A stretch of DNA of 63,867 nt, counting the filler, from Octopus bimaculoides (taxonomy: Eukaryota): the NCBI RefSeq assembly GCF_001194135.2. It is 8 parts of 7 records of this genome, joined end to end, with 100 filler letters (N's around TTAATTAATTAA, not from the genome) between each part and the next. Parts side by side here need not be neighbours in the genome. Positions count along the whole stretch, not along the records: positions 31,345 to 49,410 come from NC_068989.1; 7 more parts are not named here. One strand, given 5' to 3'. A model generated the notes under the pieces. It saw nothing but the letters and a program-made list of their open reading frames with translations. It had not been told where the DNA came from and made no database searches. The stretch's first letter is position 1; each line of letters starts with the position of its first letter. This document shows, piece by piece, positions 37,894 through 49,510 of the stretch. Both the position numbers and the translations under genes were made by a program.

Positions 37894-38207
37894 CCTTTCT
37901 GCAACTAAAAAGAAAATGTTTGTAAACAACTCTTCGAAAAAACGTTTAGTTATTCATGTATCATTTGAAATCCAAATCAGAAATAGATTTAAAATTGCAT
38001 TATCTTTGTAAGCCCGTAGATCTTCGGAGTGACATACGAGTAGGGATGTCAAATTCATATCACGAGCGTCATGTCTTTGATGAACCGTCAGATGTTTTAA
38101 TCCAAGTGTTGATTTTTCTTCTCGAGAAATAAAAGTTCTAGTAAACTGGGACTTTCAGAAAAGTTCAGTTTCATGAAGATCGTGTACTTGTTCTGGTGTT
38201 AGTCACA

Positions 38208-38609
38208 CTTACTCTTTTACTCTTTTCCTTGTTTCAGTCATTTGACTGCGGCCATGCTGGAGCACCGACTTTAGTCGAATCAAATCGACCCCAGGACTTA
38301 TTCTTTGCAAGCGTAGTACTTATTCTATCGGTCTCTATTTGCTGAACAGCAAAGTTACGGGGACGTAAACACATCAGCATCGGTTGTCAAGCGATGGTAG
38401 GGGGACAAACACAGACACACAAACATATATATATATATATACATATATACGACGGGCTTCTTTCAGTTTCCGTCTACCAAATCTACTTATAAAGCTTTGG
38501 TCTGCCCGAGGATATAGTGGAAGTCACTTGCCCAAGGTGCCATGCAGTGGGACTGAACCCGGAACCATGTGGTTGGTAAGCAAGCTACTTACCACACATC
38601 CACTCCTGC
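38208..38609 (-). mobile_element. SINE family A, full length
   Basis: Collinear with 2880-3291. Lies in inverted orientation to the copy at 37514-37893. Confidence 0.9.
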
Positions 38610-38761
38610 ACCTATAGTAAATTTTTTTTTCAAATACTCATTATACCTGGCAGTTGTCTCTATATCAGCGCTAGCAGCTTCAGCTGTCATTTGATATTGC
38701 GTAAATTCACAATATGTATGTATGTATGTACGTATACACATACATGTGTTTGTGCATGTAT

Positions 38762-38950
38762 ATGTGTGTTTGTCTCCCACCTCTGCTTAACAATTGATGT
38801 GGGTGTGTTTATATCCCTAGCAGTTCAGCAAAGTGACCATTGGAATACCAGACTTAAAAATAAGTACATGGACCAATTCGTTCAACCTCAATTACGTTTG
38901 CGTCTGTGTTTGTCCCTTCACCATCGTTTGACAATCGATGTTGGTGCCTT
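38762..38950 (+). mobile_element. Two partial SINE A internal fragments
   Basis: GTGTTTGTC.CC...TTGACAAT.GATGT motif occurs twice. Confidence 0.55.
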
Positions 38951-39419
38951 CTTAAATCATTTTACTAGCCGGAAAAATGGTCTTCCTTTAGAAGTGTCAA
39001 ATTTCTTTTTCTGGGGATCGACATACAAAGTTTTGTTTATTTACAAATACTATTGTGCTTATCGGCATACTTACGTCGAATATGAATCCCAAATCCACAC
39101 ACTCAAAAGTCGTTCCATTTTAAGCACCACATTAAATCTATGAGAGAATAATTTCCTTAGAGTTAACAGAGTAACTTCTTGAACTCTTGACAAAAAGTTC
39201 TCGCTCAATTTTATCTCTTCATTCCAGGTATTTTGAATTGCATGTAAACCTAACTGCGACAGTGATCAAAGAATATCCACAACAAATATGATAGAAAGAA
39301 CATCACCAGAAATTAAATGATTTTTATGAGCTAAGACATACTTATCTTATTCCTACTGATGTGAGAACGGAAATGAGATGATGAAATTTTGGAGTGAGAT
39401 AGTTGGCAATGCAGTACAC

Positions 39420-39990
39420 TTAGTTATTTGAAATGCTACCATGTTTATGGTATCATTTTACTCTCTAGACCTTTGGCTGGTGCCATCTAAAAAGCACATT
39501 CGCAGATTGCATAAAGTAGACTTTGTCTTTTAGGTATCCTCATAAAAGAGTCTAGTGGTGTGAAGTCTGGTGAACGCGGAGGGTATTCGACGAAACATTT
39601 TCGTGCAATCCACCTGTTTAGCAAGATCTCATCAAGGAAGGGTCTAACATCGCGATGGTAGTGTGGGGGTGCACCATCTTACTGAAAACAAAACTTCTCA
39701 TCATCATAGTCTTCTCTGATGCTTGGCATGACAGATTGTTGCAGCGCGTTCAAGTAAATGTGACCAGTCACAGTAGCGTCAAAAAAGAAGTGTCTAATCC
39801 GCTTGATGATGATCCACACCACACTTTAACACCTAGTAAATTAACATGGTGTTCCACCATAACATGCAGATTCTCAGGTCCCCAGTAGATGCAACTGTAG
39901 CGGTTAATTGAATCATTTAATTTGAATGTAGCCTCATCACTCCACACGATCTTTGTTGGAAAGTGTGCAACTTCTACACATCGTGCCAAG
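39420..39990 (-). mobile_element. Tc1/mariner-superfamily transposase remnant with DD41D spacing (rosa/Visitor-like)
   Basis: IVWSDEATF (D1 at 39936-39938), FQ*DGAPPHY (D2 at 39676-39678), PPRSPDFTPLD (D3 at 39550-39552). There are 41 residues between D2 and D3, plus an in-frame stop and frameshifts. Confidence 0.85.
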
Positions 39991-40006
39991 TACTACTCGC
40001 AATACT

Positions 40007-40150
40007 GCACTCAAATTCCGCCGAGGCCCACTTTGCCTTTCATTCTGCTGGGTTTGATTTAAAAAATGTGCCAATCTACCTTGAGGTCGATGTAATCTAT
40101 TTACTCGCCTTCTCGCAAATTGCTGGCCTTGCGCGAAAATTTTGCAATAA
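40007..40150 (+). mobile_element. SINE B fragment truncating the transposase 5' part
   Basis: CTCAAATTCCGCCGAGG..CTTTGCCTTTCAT..GAGGTCGATGTAATC..AAATTGCTGGCCTTG. Confidence 0.75.
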
Positions 40151-41294
40151 ATATTTTTAGTACTTAATTCTCTCTGTATAACAGAAATTTAAAACATTTT
40201 TGAAGTAGAAATATAGAAAAGCTTGTGAATTGAGCAAATGTATTGAGACTTCTGTGATTTTCAACGCTTTTAACTGCAATTGTAAATTAGATATAAGAGA
40301 CACTTTTCGTCTTTCCCTCCTATAGAGGAACTGGCGTTGGAAGAGACAAGTCGGATGAGTTTAATCTCGGTTCTATTATAATTGCATAATAATTCATTTG
40401 AACAAAATATTCCGCTATATGAACTGAAGCTCCGATGAGGAAATAGATATTAATGTGTGAATATGAGATCAAGCGAAACAGAAATTCGCCGTCGACACGG
40501 AATTTACAATAAGATTCAAACTAGTGCGCCTAATAGAGTAATAACAACAAACTGCAGCTATTTCATGAAATTACTTAAATCAGTTTCACTTAAAGGAAAT
40601 ACTGTCAATAATGACTGGAATATATAACCTCGCATCTCCAGCATTTATTGAAGTATTTTATTTTATAAAATGCATACATATATATGCAGATAGATAGATA
40701 GATACATAGATAGATAGATAGATAGATACATAGATAGATAGATAGATAGACATATACACATACATCGAATACGATACGAACAATGAAAAATACGCGGAAA
40801 TGCAGACATTCAAAATTTCAGCTGGATTATAATGCGTTCCTTCCTAGCAGAAAGGACGTCACCATCTTTTGAATTTTTGAATTTCTGCTGTTATAGATAT
40901 TGTTGTTGTTGTTGCTGCTGTTTCTGCTGCAATTGTGTGTGGGCGTATATCATTTTTCATTTTGAACCTGAGGTAAAGAAACGAACTGTCGATATATTTA
41001 TTGTTCAGTTCAATGAATAAAGTCAATCTGGATTTCATTACTTAACGCATCGCGCTCTTCTTATTGCGTATTTATTTTAGTGAAGATTTACGTCAATAAA
41101 AGTGTATTAGCGGGATACGATATCGGAAACAAGCAAAAAGGCGCATTGTTAATTTATGAAATATTTCTTTTCTTTAAATTCCCGCAGTGTTTAATAATGT
41201 CTTTCTAATCTTTCTAATATTTCAATTTAAAAATCCTAAACAAATTTTAAGAGACTTCAGCGAAAAAAAGCAAGTAAAATGCGTTTGTTTAGGG

Positions 41295-41544
41295 CAGTGG
41301 TTCACAAGCATTTTTTGTCTATGGAGACCTTGGATTCATATCTTACTCTGCTGGACCGCCATAGCCATTCAAAGTATAAGAAACGAAATTCCTACTGTAT
41401 TTTTATAATCAAATATTATTAGGAACTGTATAAAATTATACCTCGTGTATTGTAGAACTATAAATAATTTCTTGGACATAAATATTAAAACCAAAATTTC
41501 ATATGGACTCCAAGGGCCATATGGAACCCGATTGAGAATCACAG
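41295..41544. mobile_element. hAT (Charlie-like) MITE, 250 bp
   Basis: TIRs CAGTGGTTCACAA and TTGAGAATCACAG match at 10/13. The 8-bp TSD GTTTAGGG / ATTTAGGG matches at 7/8. Confidence 0.75.
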
Positions 41545-41954
41545 ATTTAGGGGTTTCTCCTTAAAGTGGCGATACATTCAAAAAATTACCAAAACTGCCA
41601 GATAAATATAGACATGGCTAAGAATATTAAATATACACAAGGCTGAGAATATTAAAAAGACCTCACGTTAATTGTGAATTCAAGCATGCTGGAGATGGGC
41701 CTTTTTCGCGCTTGCTCCCTTTATATAATTGTACACATATGTATATCATCATTAATTTATTGTATATATTTATGTATATATATGCATATATGTGTGCATG
41801 TGTGTGGGCGTGGGTGCGTGCGCGCGCTGGTGTGTATCTTTTATTCTTTCACTTGTCTTATTGCACACAGGATTCCCTGACGGAGATGAGGCCCCGCTAG
41901 GTCAACTGGTTACTAGACTTCACATATATAAAACACCATCGTTCAGGAATCATT

Positions 41955-42135
41955 TTTGCATATATTCTTATGCATTTATATATGTATTTTTTTCTTTTCA
42001 TTCAAAAATTCAAAAATAAATGAGTGATCTGCAAATAATACTTTTCTATCAAATAAAAATATTAAAACATTTACTAGTAAATAACAATGAGATTGCTATA
42101 CACTCATGTATGATTTCAACAATTATTGTACTCAT
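41955..42135 (+). repeat. ~180-bp direct repeat, copy 1 (copy 2 at 46258-46437)
   Basis: TCAAAAATTCAAAAATAAATGA...CACTCATGTATGATTTCAACAATTATTGTACT is shared; identity is high by eye. Confidence 0.85.
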
Positions 42136-42516
42136 AGCACTAGTCTCTACATTTGAAATTCTAGATTATTATCTTATACGGCTAAGTGTGTTTTGAGCCC
42201 ATCCCACTCAAAAGGTCCCTGAATAAGGTTTGTTTAAGGATGATGAACAAAACACCTATGTTTTCAGAGATGAATTATTCAAATCCAAAGAATTTCTCTC
42301 AACACATGGCTATGATGCACCCTCACTATTTCTGTATGCAGTCAGAGAAGCACATATCGTCAGCAAGTAGAAGACATGCTCAACTGGTTATGGTAAAGCA
42401 ACTGACAAGCAAATCTGTGGTATGTATCAGAACGTTTGCTGGAGTCCAACTTTTATATCAAGACAAGACAATGTACATGAGAACACTTCCAATCAATTAA
42501 GATCAAAAACCATGAG

Positions 42517-42601
42517 AGCCACTCTCTGGTATTACATTGGGGCATAGCCACTGCTTGATCCTGCATCAGGGCATGCATTGCCTGGTACTGCATTAGGGCA
42601 T
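42517..42601. repeat. Three tandem 27-29-bp hairpin-containing units
   Basis: Units at 42517-42545, 42546-42574 and 42575-42601, consensus AGCCACTGCCTGGTACTGCATCAGGGCAT, followed by (TTA)/(GTA)n. Confidence 0.75.
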
Positions 42602-42620
42602 TTATTATTATTATTGTTGT

Positions 42621-42667
<47 letters not shown>

Positions 42668-43049
42668 ATTTGATATGGTATTTGCGTACTACTGATTCGT
42701 GCTTCCGATAATCTAATACTTCAGTCAATACCAAGTGGAACTTTTCAAGTTTCTACAGTTACTATTTAATTATAAATATATATAGCACCATTTCATTCGT
42801 TTTATAAGTAGTTACCGTGGAATAATCGAATGTCTTATTAATTAAACATGATTTTAGGAAGTGAGACATTTGATGAAATATTAAAAATTATGATAGAATA
42901 TTCGTAGAATATTAGTTGCTTAGGGACCCAGATAAAAAATAGTAAGTTCATTGTCTTTGTACACACAATATTAGCCATTTTGAAGGGAGACATATATATA
43001 TATATTTGTGTGTGTGTGTGTATTTGTGGGTATCTATGTATGTGTTTGT

Positions 43050-43170
43050 GTATAGTTCAAATTTACAGAAAACAAGATAAGAAGACAGGTTTAGGAACAA
43101 CAAGCAGATGTATTAGTTTAATGGAAAAGTCTTCTAAGTTTCGAGCCTACGCTCTTTGACAGAGGTTTAA
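43050..43170 (-). mobile_element. Penelope-like short repeat with degenerate hammerhead core
   Basis: Minus strand CTGTCAAAGAGCGTAGGCTCGAAACTTAGAAGAC, homologous to 53717-53749. The downstream flank is also homologous. Confidence 0.6.
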
Positions 43171-44454
43171 GAGGAAAAAAATAGAGAGAGAAGGAAAAAA
43201 ACAGAGAGTAAAAAAGTGCAGAGTTCAACTATCCAATAAGTCGTGATGACTGGAAAAAAGAAGTTGAGTGAAAGGGAGATAATAAAAATAATAATATTGG
43301 CACAGGTGATGATGTCCCCAGCGACCTAAGGTGCGCAAGCGTGTGTGTATACGTGAGAATGGTGTATGTGTGTGTACATACACACATATATATATTTGTG
43401 TGTGTAATACAAGGATATTCATATANNNNNNNNNNATTTATATATATATATACATATATATACAAAAAAATTATATAAACAGCTGTTTCCAATGTTATAT
43501 CGTAAAGGAAAATTATAATTCTCAGTTAAACTTGAATTAAAAAGATAAAGACAAACGAAATACTCCATTGCATTTCGCGCAGTGTGCTTATAATCCTGCC
43601 AGATCGCCGTCTTAAAGTACTAAAGATATTAAACTAGTATTGCTATGCATGCCAATTAAATGTGCTGCTTGTATTTATAACTCTTATTTTGATTGAAATG
43701 CTAATATTTGAAATAATTTTATTCCTTCGATGGGATTTTAACTTCTGAGAAAACTTTGCTTAAGCGTCTTATTCAATAACAAAGTATGTGTTTGAAGATC
43801 TATGCGAAATTATATCCGATCTCTCTCTCTCTCTCTCTTTCCCTCCCTCTCATGGTTTCTTTTCTCTATTTTTCCTATTAATAAACCGTGCATTATATTT
43901 GCACCTACGTTCATGCGGGCGAATCTTTTCCCATTTTGAACTTTATCAGATAGTGGACACTTAATTCAAGATGTGTCATTGATAATGGAATTTACATTAA
44001 AAATTAGAAAGAATTGGGGGAAAAATTGCTTTAGTCTCAATCAGTCGAGCTGCTCAAACATGCGATCAAAGTGTAGAGATTTGTCTATTGGATACGTTCT
44101 TGGTATTTTGATCAGGCGTTATGAAGTAGGTAGAATAATTTAGCTGCCTCAATTTTAATTCTGAGATCAAACATGCCAGTACAAAATTCTTGGGTCATAT
44201 ACTAAAGTTTCACTAATCAATCGATGATTCTAATTTCTCGCAAATGTATGGCATTGTTCCAATATAAGGAATCGAGGAATCGATAATGTGATAAATTGAA
44301 GCAGCATTTAACTATTCTCTGGTAATAAGGCGCTTTATATATGAAGAATATATGGGAGAAAGATTCCAACTAAAAAGTGTTTGGTGAATGAAATTCTTGA
44401 AAATAATAAAATTGAAACCTAAGTTTGTGCTATGTAAAGAGTAAAAAAATAACG

Positions 44455-44770
44455 GTTTCAAATTTTGGCCCAACATCAATTTCAGCGGAAGGGTTAAGTC
44501 GATTACATTGACCCCAGTACTTTACTGGTATTCATTATATTAATCCTGTAAGAATAAGTCGACATTGGAGGAATTTATTAACCCCATAAGAATAAGTCGA
44601 CATCGGAGGAATTTATCAACCCCGTAAGAATAAGTCGACATCGAAGGAATTTATTAACTTCGTAAGTATAAGTCGACATCGGAGGAATTTATTAACCCCG
44701 TAAGAATATGTCGACATCGGAGGAATTTGAACACAGAACGTAAAAACGAATGGAATGCCTGGCGCGCAGC
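44455..44770 (-). mobile_element. SINE B containing a 38-bp internal minisatellite (5 copies)
   Basis: Unit AATAAGTCGACATCGGAGGAATTTATTAACCCCGTAAG starts at 44553, 44591, 44629, 44667 and 44705. Confidence 0.9.
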
Positions 44771-46151
44771 TTGCCACGTTGTAGAGTCAAGATATATTAA
44801 TCGAATATATGGCATCTTACCTTAATTTGTTTAAGTGTAATATAAACAAAATAAACTAAGAAATACAATACTATCATTTAAAACAAATTTACTTGTATAA
44901 GAATTTACCACACCAAGTGATGATCGATTAGGTCCAGGGGTATTCAAAGAATCATTTATTTGGTTCTCAAACGGATTATGAATTAGAAAATAGCGTACAT
45001 TTTAGTAGCTACTCCAGGTAGAATAAAAACTCTCTCCTCAGATGTACATTTATTAGCAACGGGTCCCTGATCAATGCTGGATCTACGAGAAGATGAATAA
45101 GTGAGCAACGTTACTTTCCTAAAAGCCACTTGAAATATAACTCTGGCAAAATCTGGTTCAATGAACTGTGTGATATGTTGTAAACTGATAAGTGTGGAAT
45201 TAGGACAGTTGACGATTCGTCTTCCAAGTTACTCCACAATACATTACAATTGATTACAGAGCTAAAGGAAATTAGTACTATGTTGCAAGTAAAAAAAAAA
45301 AGAAGAATTTTCAGAAATTGAAACTATGGATTAAGTGTGAAATATTAAATAGTATTTAATGAGCAAGCCACGAACGAATAGTTTTAGAATTATTAATCTT
45401 TACGTAATGGAACTGCCTTCTTAATTAGAAATAGTAGGAAAATTCTATAATTTGAATTGCTTCAGAGAAAATAATTTGAATTAAGAAATAAAAAAAAAAT
45501 AATTCAACGGAATGAAACACTCAAACACACATCAAAGTTAATTCAAAAGATAAATGATATTTCTGATTGCTTGTTGTTAGAGAATAATTAATTGGTGATC
45601 CTCCTTCGTGCAACTTCCAACTCTTTTTTACAATCAATTCATGTTATATTCCATTTTTCATGTTATATCAAAAAAAAAAAAAGAAAAAAAAGAAAGAAAA
45701 TAGATGACAATTGTTTTTAGTCAATAAACGATGTTACACATCACCTTCCTTCTACTGGCTTAGGAAAACAGGCAATTAGATACATGAATTTTTAATTAAA
45801 ATGAAATAAATATTCCACTTTATATATATATGAATACATAAATGCATACACTCACATTATCTATCTATCTGTACATACATACATACATACATACATACAT
45901 ACATACATACATACATGCATACATACATACATACATACATGTATGTGTGTATGTGTCGGTTGCTTTAAGTGATGGGATTGAAGGCATCGTCATTAAGTAG
46001 GTTCTTTAAATGTGAAATGTCTACTGAAAAATATTCGGACAACTAAAATCAATGAAAATAATTTCACATTGAAAAACACGATTCAAACTTTATTAAAACT
46101 ATAGACTTGTTTCTCATAATTTTGAACTTACTCTACGAGAGTATTTTTCTG

Positions 46152-46182
<31 letters not shown>

Positions 46183-46257
46183 ATGCCAAAGCTGATTCTG
46201 TCAGATGGTGCACTTTATGGCAATTTTGAACTTTAAATTCTTCATTCTCCTTATTAT

Positions 46258-46437
46258 CAATATATATATACGTATGCTTTTATATATGTATTTTTCCTTT
46301 TCCTTCAAAAATTCAAAAATAAATGAATGACCTGCAGATAATGCTTTTCTATGAAATAAAAATATTAAAACAGTTGCTTGTAAATAACAATGAGATTGCT
46401 AAACACTCATGTATGATTTCAACAATTATTGTACTTT
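46258..46437 (+). repeat. ~180-bp direct repeat, copy 2
   Basis: Aligns with 41955-42135. Confidence 0.85.
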
Positions 46438-47043
46438 CACTGTTCCCTCTCTCTCACTCCTCCTCCTTGACTCTCTCGTTGCTGACACGTGACGAAAGGG
46501 ATTCGTTCTTTCTACTTCCTGCCTTCCTATAGAGAAGACGTGAATTTTTTTGTCTGTCATTCACATCTAACTTCGCTTTCAAAATAATAATTTTTCCGTC
46601 GTCTTAGCCTAACAGCCCTTACCGTTTGCTTTCACTGTTCTGTCTTGTTTTTCCTGTCTTTTACTGTCTTGTTTTAACTCTCCTGTTCTTGTTTACACTT
46701 TCATCCTCCGCAAAAAATTGCATATTTAATTTATCTTGCTTTTGCAGGAAGGACTGTTCCAACGAAGTCACGTATTGTCCTTGCCTCCGAAACGCAGAGT
46801 ATATGGAGCAGGGACAACTGAAGAAGGGAAATATTCTTTATGTTTCATGTCTCATTTGTCTGTTTATTTTTTTCGTTGTTCGAAAAAAGTTCGTTTTCTA
46901 TCTTCGTCTTTATGTTTTTGTTTCTCATTGTTTAACGTTTTTTTTTATGTCCTGTACACATATATGCATGTATGTATACATATAGATGTAGGTATGTACA
47001 TATATGTATGGATATATGCATATATTTATATATTATTTATGTT

Positions 47044-47090
<47 letters not shown>

Positions 47091-47394
47091 TCAAATGAAA
47101 TAAATAAACATTAAAATTAACAATAACACATAACAGCAATGATTAGAAATGACAATAAAGTTATATAAGGAAATTATATGACAAAGGGATAAACTATTAT
47201 CTTGTAAACTACGTTAGTTTAGAGCTGTTTCCGTTATAGGATGCAGTGGACTCGTAATTCATTGCCTGAGTAACTTGTAACTCATATCTTCATACCTTCA
47301 TAAGCTTATAGCTTCATCGGTGCCTCGAATATTGAGTGTATTTATTTTGGAAAAGTGTCACATTTATGCATATATATGTGTAGGAAAAAAGCAT

Positions 47395-47545
47395 TACCAA
47401 TGAGAAAGCAAAGAGCAATAGGGCAATAGATAAAATACTAGGCTCCAAAAATAAGTTCTCGGGTCTATTTTTTCGACTACAATTCTTCAAGGCGGTGCCC
47501 CAGCATGGTTGCATTCGAATGAGTGAAACAAGTTAAATGTAAAAT
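47395..47545 (+). mobile_element. SINE A 3' fragment
   Basis: CAAGGCGGTGCCCCAGCATGG...GTGAAACAAGT. Confidence 0.65.
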
Positions 47546-47666
47546 ATAAATGTGTGTGTGTGTGTGTATGTGTGTGTGTGTGTGTGTGTGTAAATATATC
47601 AGTTGAATAAAGTTAAAACATGATCTGGTATTTTGAAATTTAAAAAAAAACATATTTTGCAATGCA

Positions 47667-47862
47667 CTTTTACTCTTTTACTTGCTTCAGTAATTTGACT
47701 GTAGCCATGCTGGAGCACCGCCTTTAGAGGATCAAATTGACCCCAGGACTTATTTTTTGTAAGACTACTACTTATTCTATCGGTCTCTTTTGCCGAACCG
47801 TTTAGTAAACACACCAGCATTGGTTGTCAAGAGATGTTGGATGGACAAACACAGATACACAA

Positions 47863-47907
<45 letters not shown>

Positions 47908-48410
47908 NNNNNNNNNNNNNNNNNNNNNNNNNNNNNNNNNNNNNNNNNNNNNNNNNNNNNNNNNNNNNNNNNNNNNNNNNNNNNNNNNNNNNNNNNNNNN
48001 NNNNNNNNNNNNNNNNNNNNNNNNNNNNNNNNNNNNNNNNNNNNNNNNNNNNNNNNNNNNNNNNNNNNNNNNNNNNNNNNNNNNNNNNNNNNNNNNNNNN
48101 NNNNNNNNNNNNNNNNNNNNNNNNNNNNNNNNNNNNNNNNNNNNNNNNNNNNNNNNNNNNNNNNNNNNNNNNNNNNNNNNNNNNNNNNNNNNNNNNNNNN
48201 NNNNNNNNNNNNNNNNNNNNNNNNNTATATATATATATATATATATGCATATATACGACGGGCTTCTGTTAGTTTCTGTCTACCAAATCCACACAAAAGG
48301 CTTTGGTCGGCCCGAGGCTATAGTAGAAGACACTTGCCGAAGATGCCACGTAGTGGGATTGAACCCGGAACCATGTGGTTCGTAATCAAGTTACTTACCA
48401 CACAGACATA
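47667..48410 (-). mobile_element. SINE A spanning an N gap
   Basis: Tail at 47667-47870, (CA)n and gap, head at 48250-48405. Confidence 0.85.
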
Positions 48411-48420
48411 AAGTTCATAA

Positions 48421-49066
48421 AGTTCAATTAGTGCTTTCATACGTTCGTAGTAATCATTAGATTTCAAAATATAATCAACTGGCAGTTGAGATCTTGACAA
48501 CTGTAATACCTCTTAGAACGCTCCAACAAGCTGAATTTTTAGAATATGATTTTGACCAATCCGCATGCAGCTTAAATGTCACGGATTGCTGGGCATACCG
48601 ACATTCTATAATTTATTTATATTAATATGCTACAGATATCTTTTAATCCACATCGTTAACTGGTTAATGATATATTATTGTTGTTATTTCCGTTCAGAAC
48701 AGGTTTGAACATTTTAATAAACTGTCTTTCTTTTATCTTTCTTCCAGCCTGACTTGTGTCATGTAGTTTGTGGAAAGGAAAAATAAGAAACATTTTCTGA
48801 CCACATGTTTCTATATGTTCACTCAATGGAATTTGGCGAATATTGGTGTTCCGATTTTAGTGTTTGTGTATTCGTGAGTGTTTCCTGTCTCGCCTATATA
48901 CAGTTCCTCGCAATTCGAGCATGCAGATTGGTCAAAGTCGTATTCCAAAAATTCAGCTTGTTGGAGCGTTCTAAGAGGTACTACAGTTGTCAAGAACTCA
49001 ACTGTCAGTTAATTATATTTTGAAATCTAATGATTACTACGAACGTATGAAAGCGCTAATTGAACT
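48421..49066. mobile_element. Non-autonomous DNA element with 148-bp TIRs (possibly Kolobok-like)
   Basis: 48421-48568 and 48919-49066 are inverted with 9 mismatches (hand count). Termini AG...CT are flanked by ATAA / TTAA (alternatively a TA TSD). Confidence 0.85.
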
Positions 49067-49162
49067 TTAAAATAGTTTTACGTTATCATATCATAATAGA
49101 AAACGTGAAAACCAGACTATATTTAATTTTATTCAACTGATATATTATTCTATACACATATA

Positions 49163-49410
49163 TATACTCTTTTACTCTTTTACATGTTTCAGTCACTTGA
49201 CTGCGGCCATGCTGGAGCACCGTCTTTAGTCGGGCAAATCGACCCCAGGACTTATTCTTTGGAAGCCTAGTACTTATTCTATAGGTCTCTTTTGCCGAAC
49301 CGCTATGTTACGGGGACGTAAACACACCAGCATCGGTTGTCAAGCGATGTTGGGGGAACAAACACAGACACACAAACACACACACACACATACACACACA
49401 CACACACACA
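49163..49410 (-). mobile_element. SINE A 3' half, cut by scaffold end
   Basis: (TACTCTTT)n tail, GCTGGAGCACCG, GAACCGCTA.GTTACGGGGACGTAAAC. Confidence 0.9.
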
Positions 49411-49510
49411 NNNNNNNNNNNNNNNNNNNNNNNNNNNNNNNNNNNNNNNNNNNNTTAATTAATTAANNNNNNNNNNNNNNNNNNNNNNNNNNNNNNNNNN
49501 NNNNNNNNNN
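49411..49510. other. Artificial scaffold-joining spacer
   Basis: 44 N + TTAATTAATTAA (49455-49466) + 44 N. Confidence 0.97.

Noticed and set aside
40428-40485. CCGATGAG...GCGAAAC hammerhead-like words
   Set aside because: The core U4 is missing and I could not form stems I and II.
44553-44735. CRISPR-like regular 38-bp periodicity
   Set aside because: Units are contiguous with no unique spacers, derive from a SINE, and lie in a eukaryotic context without cas genes.
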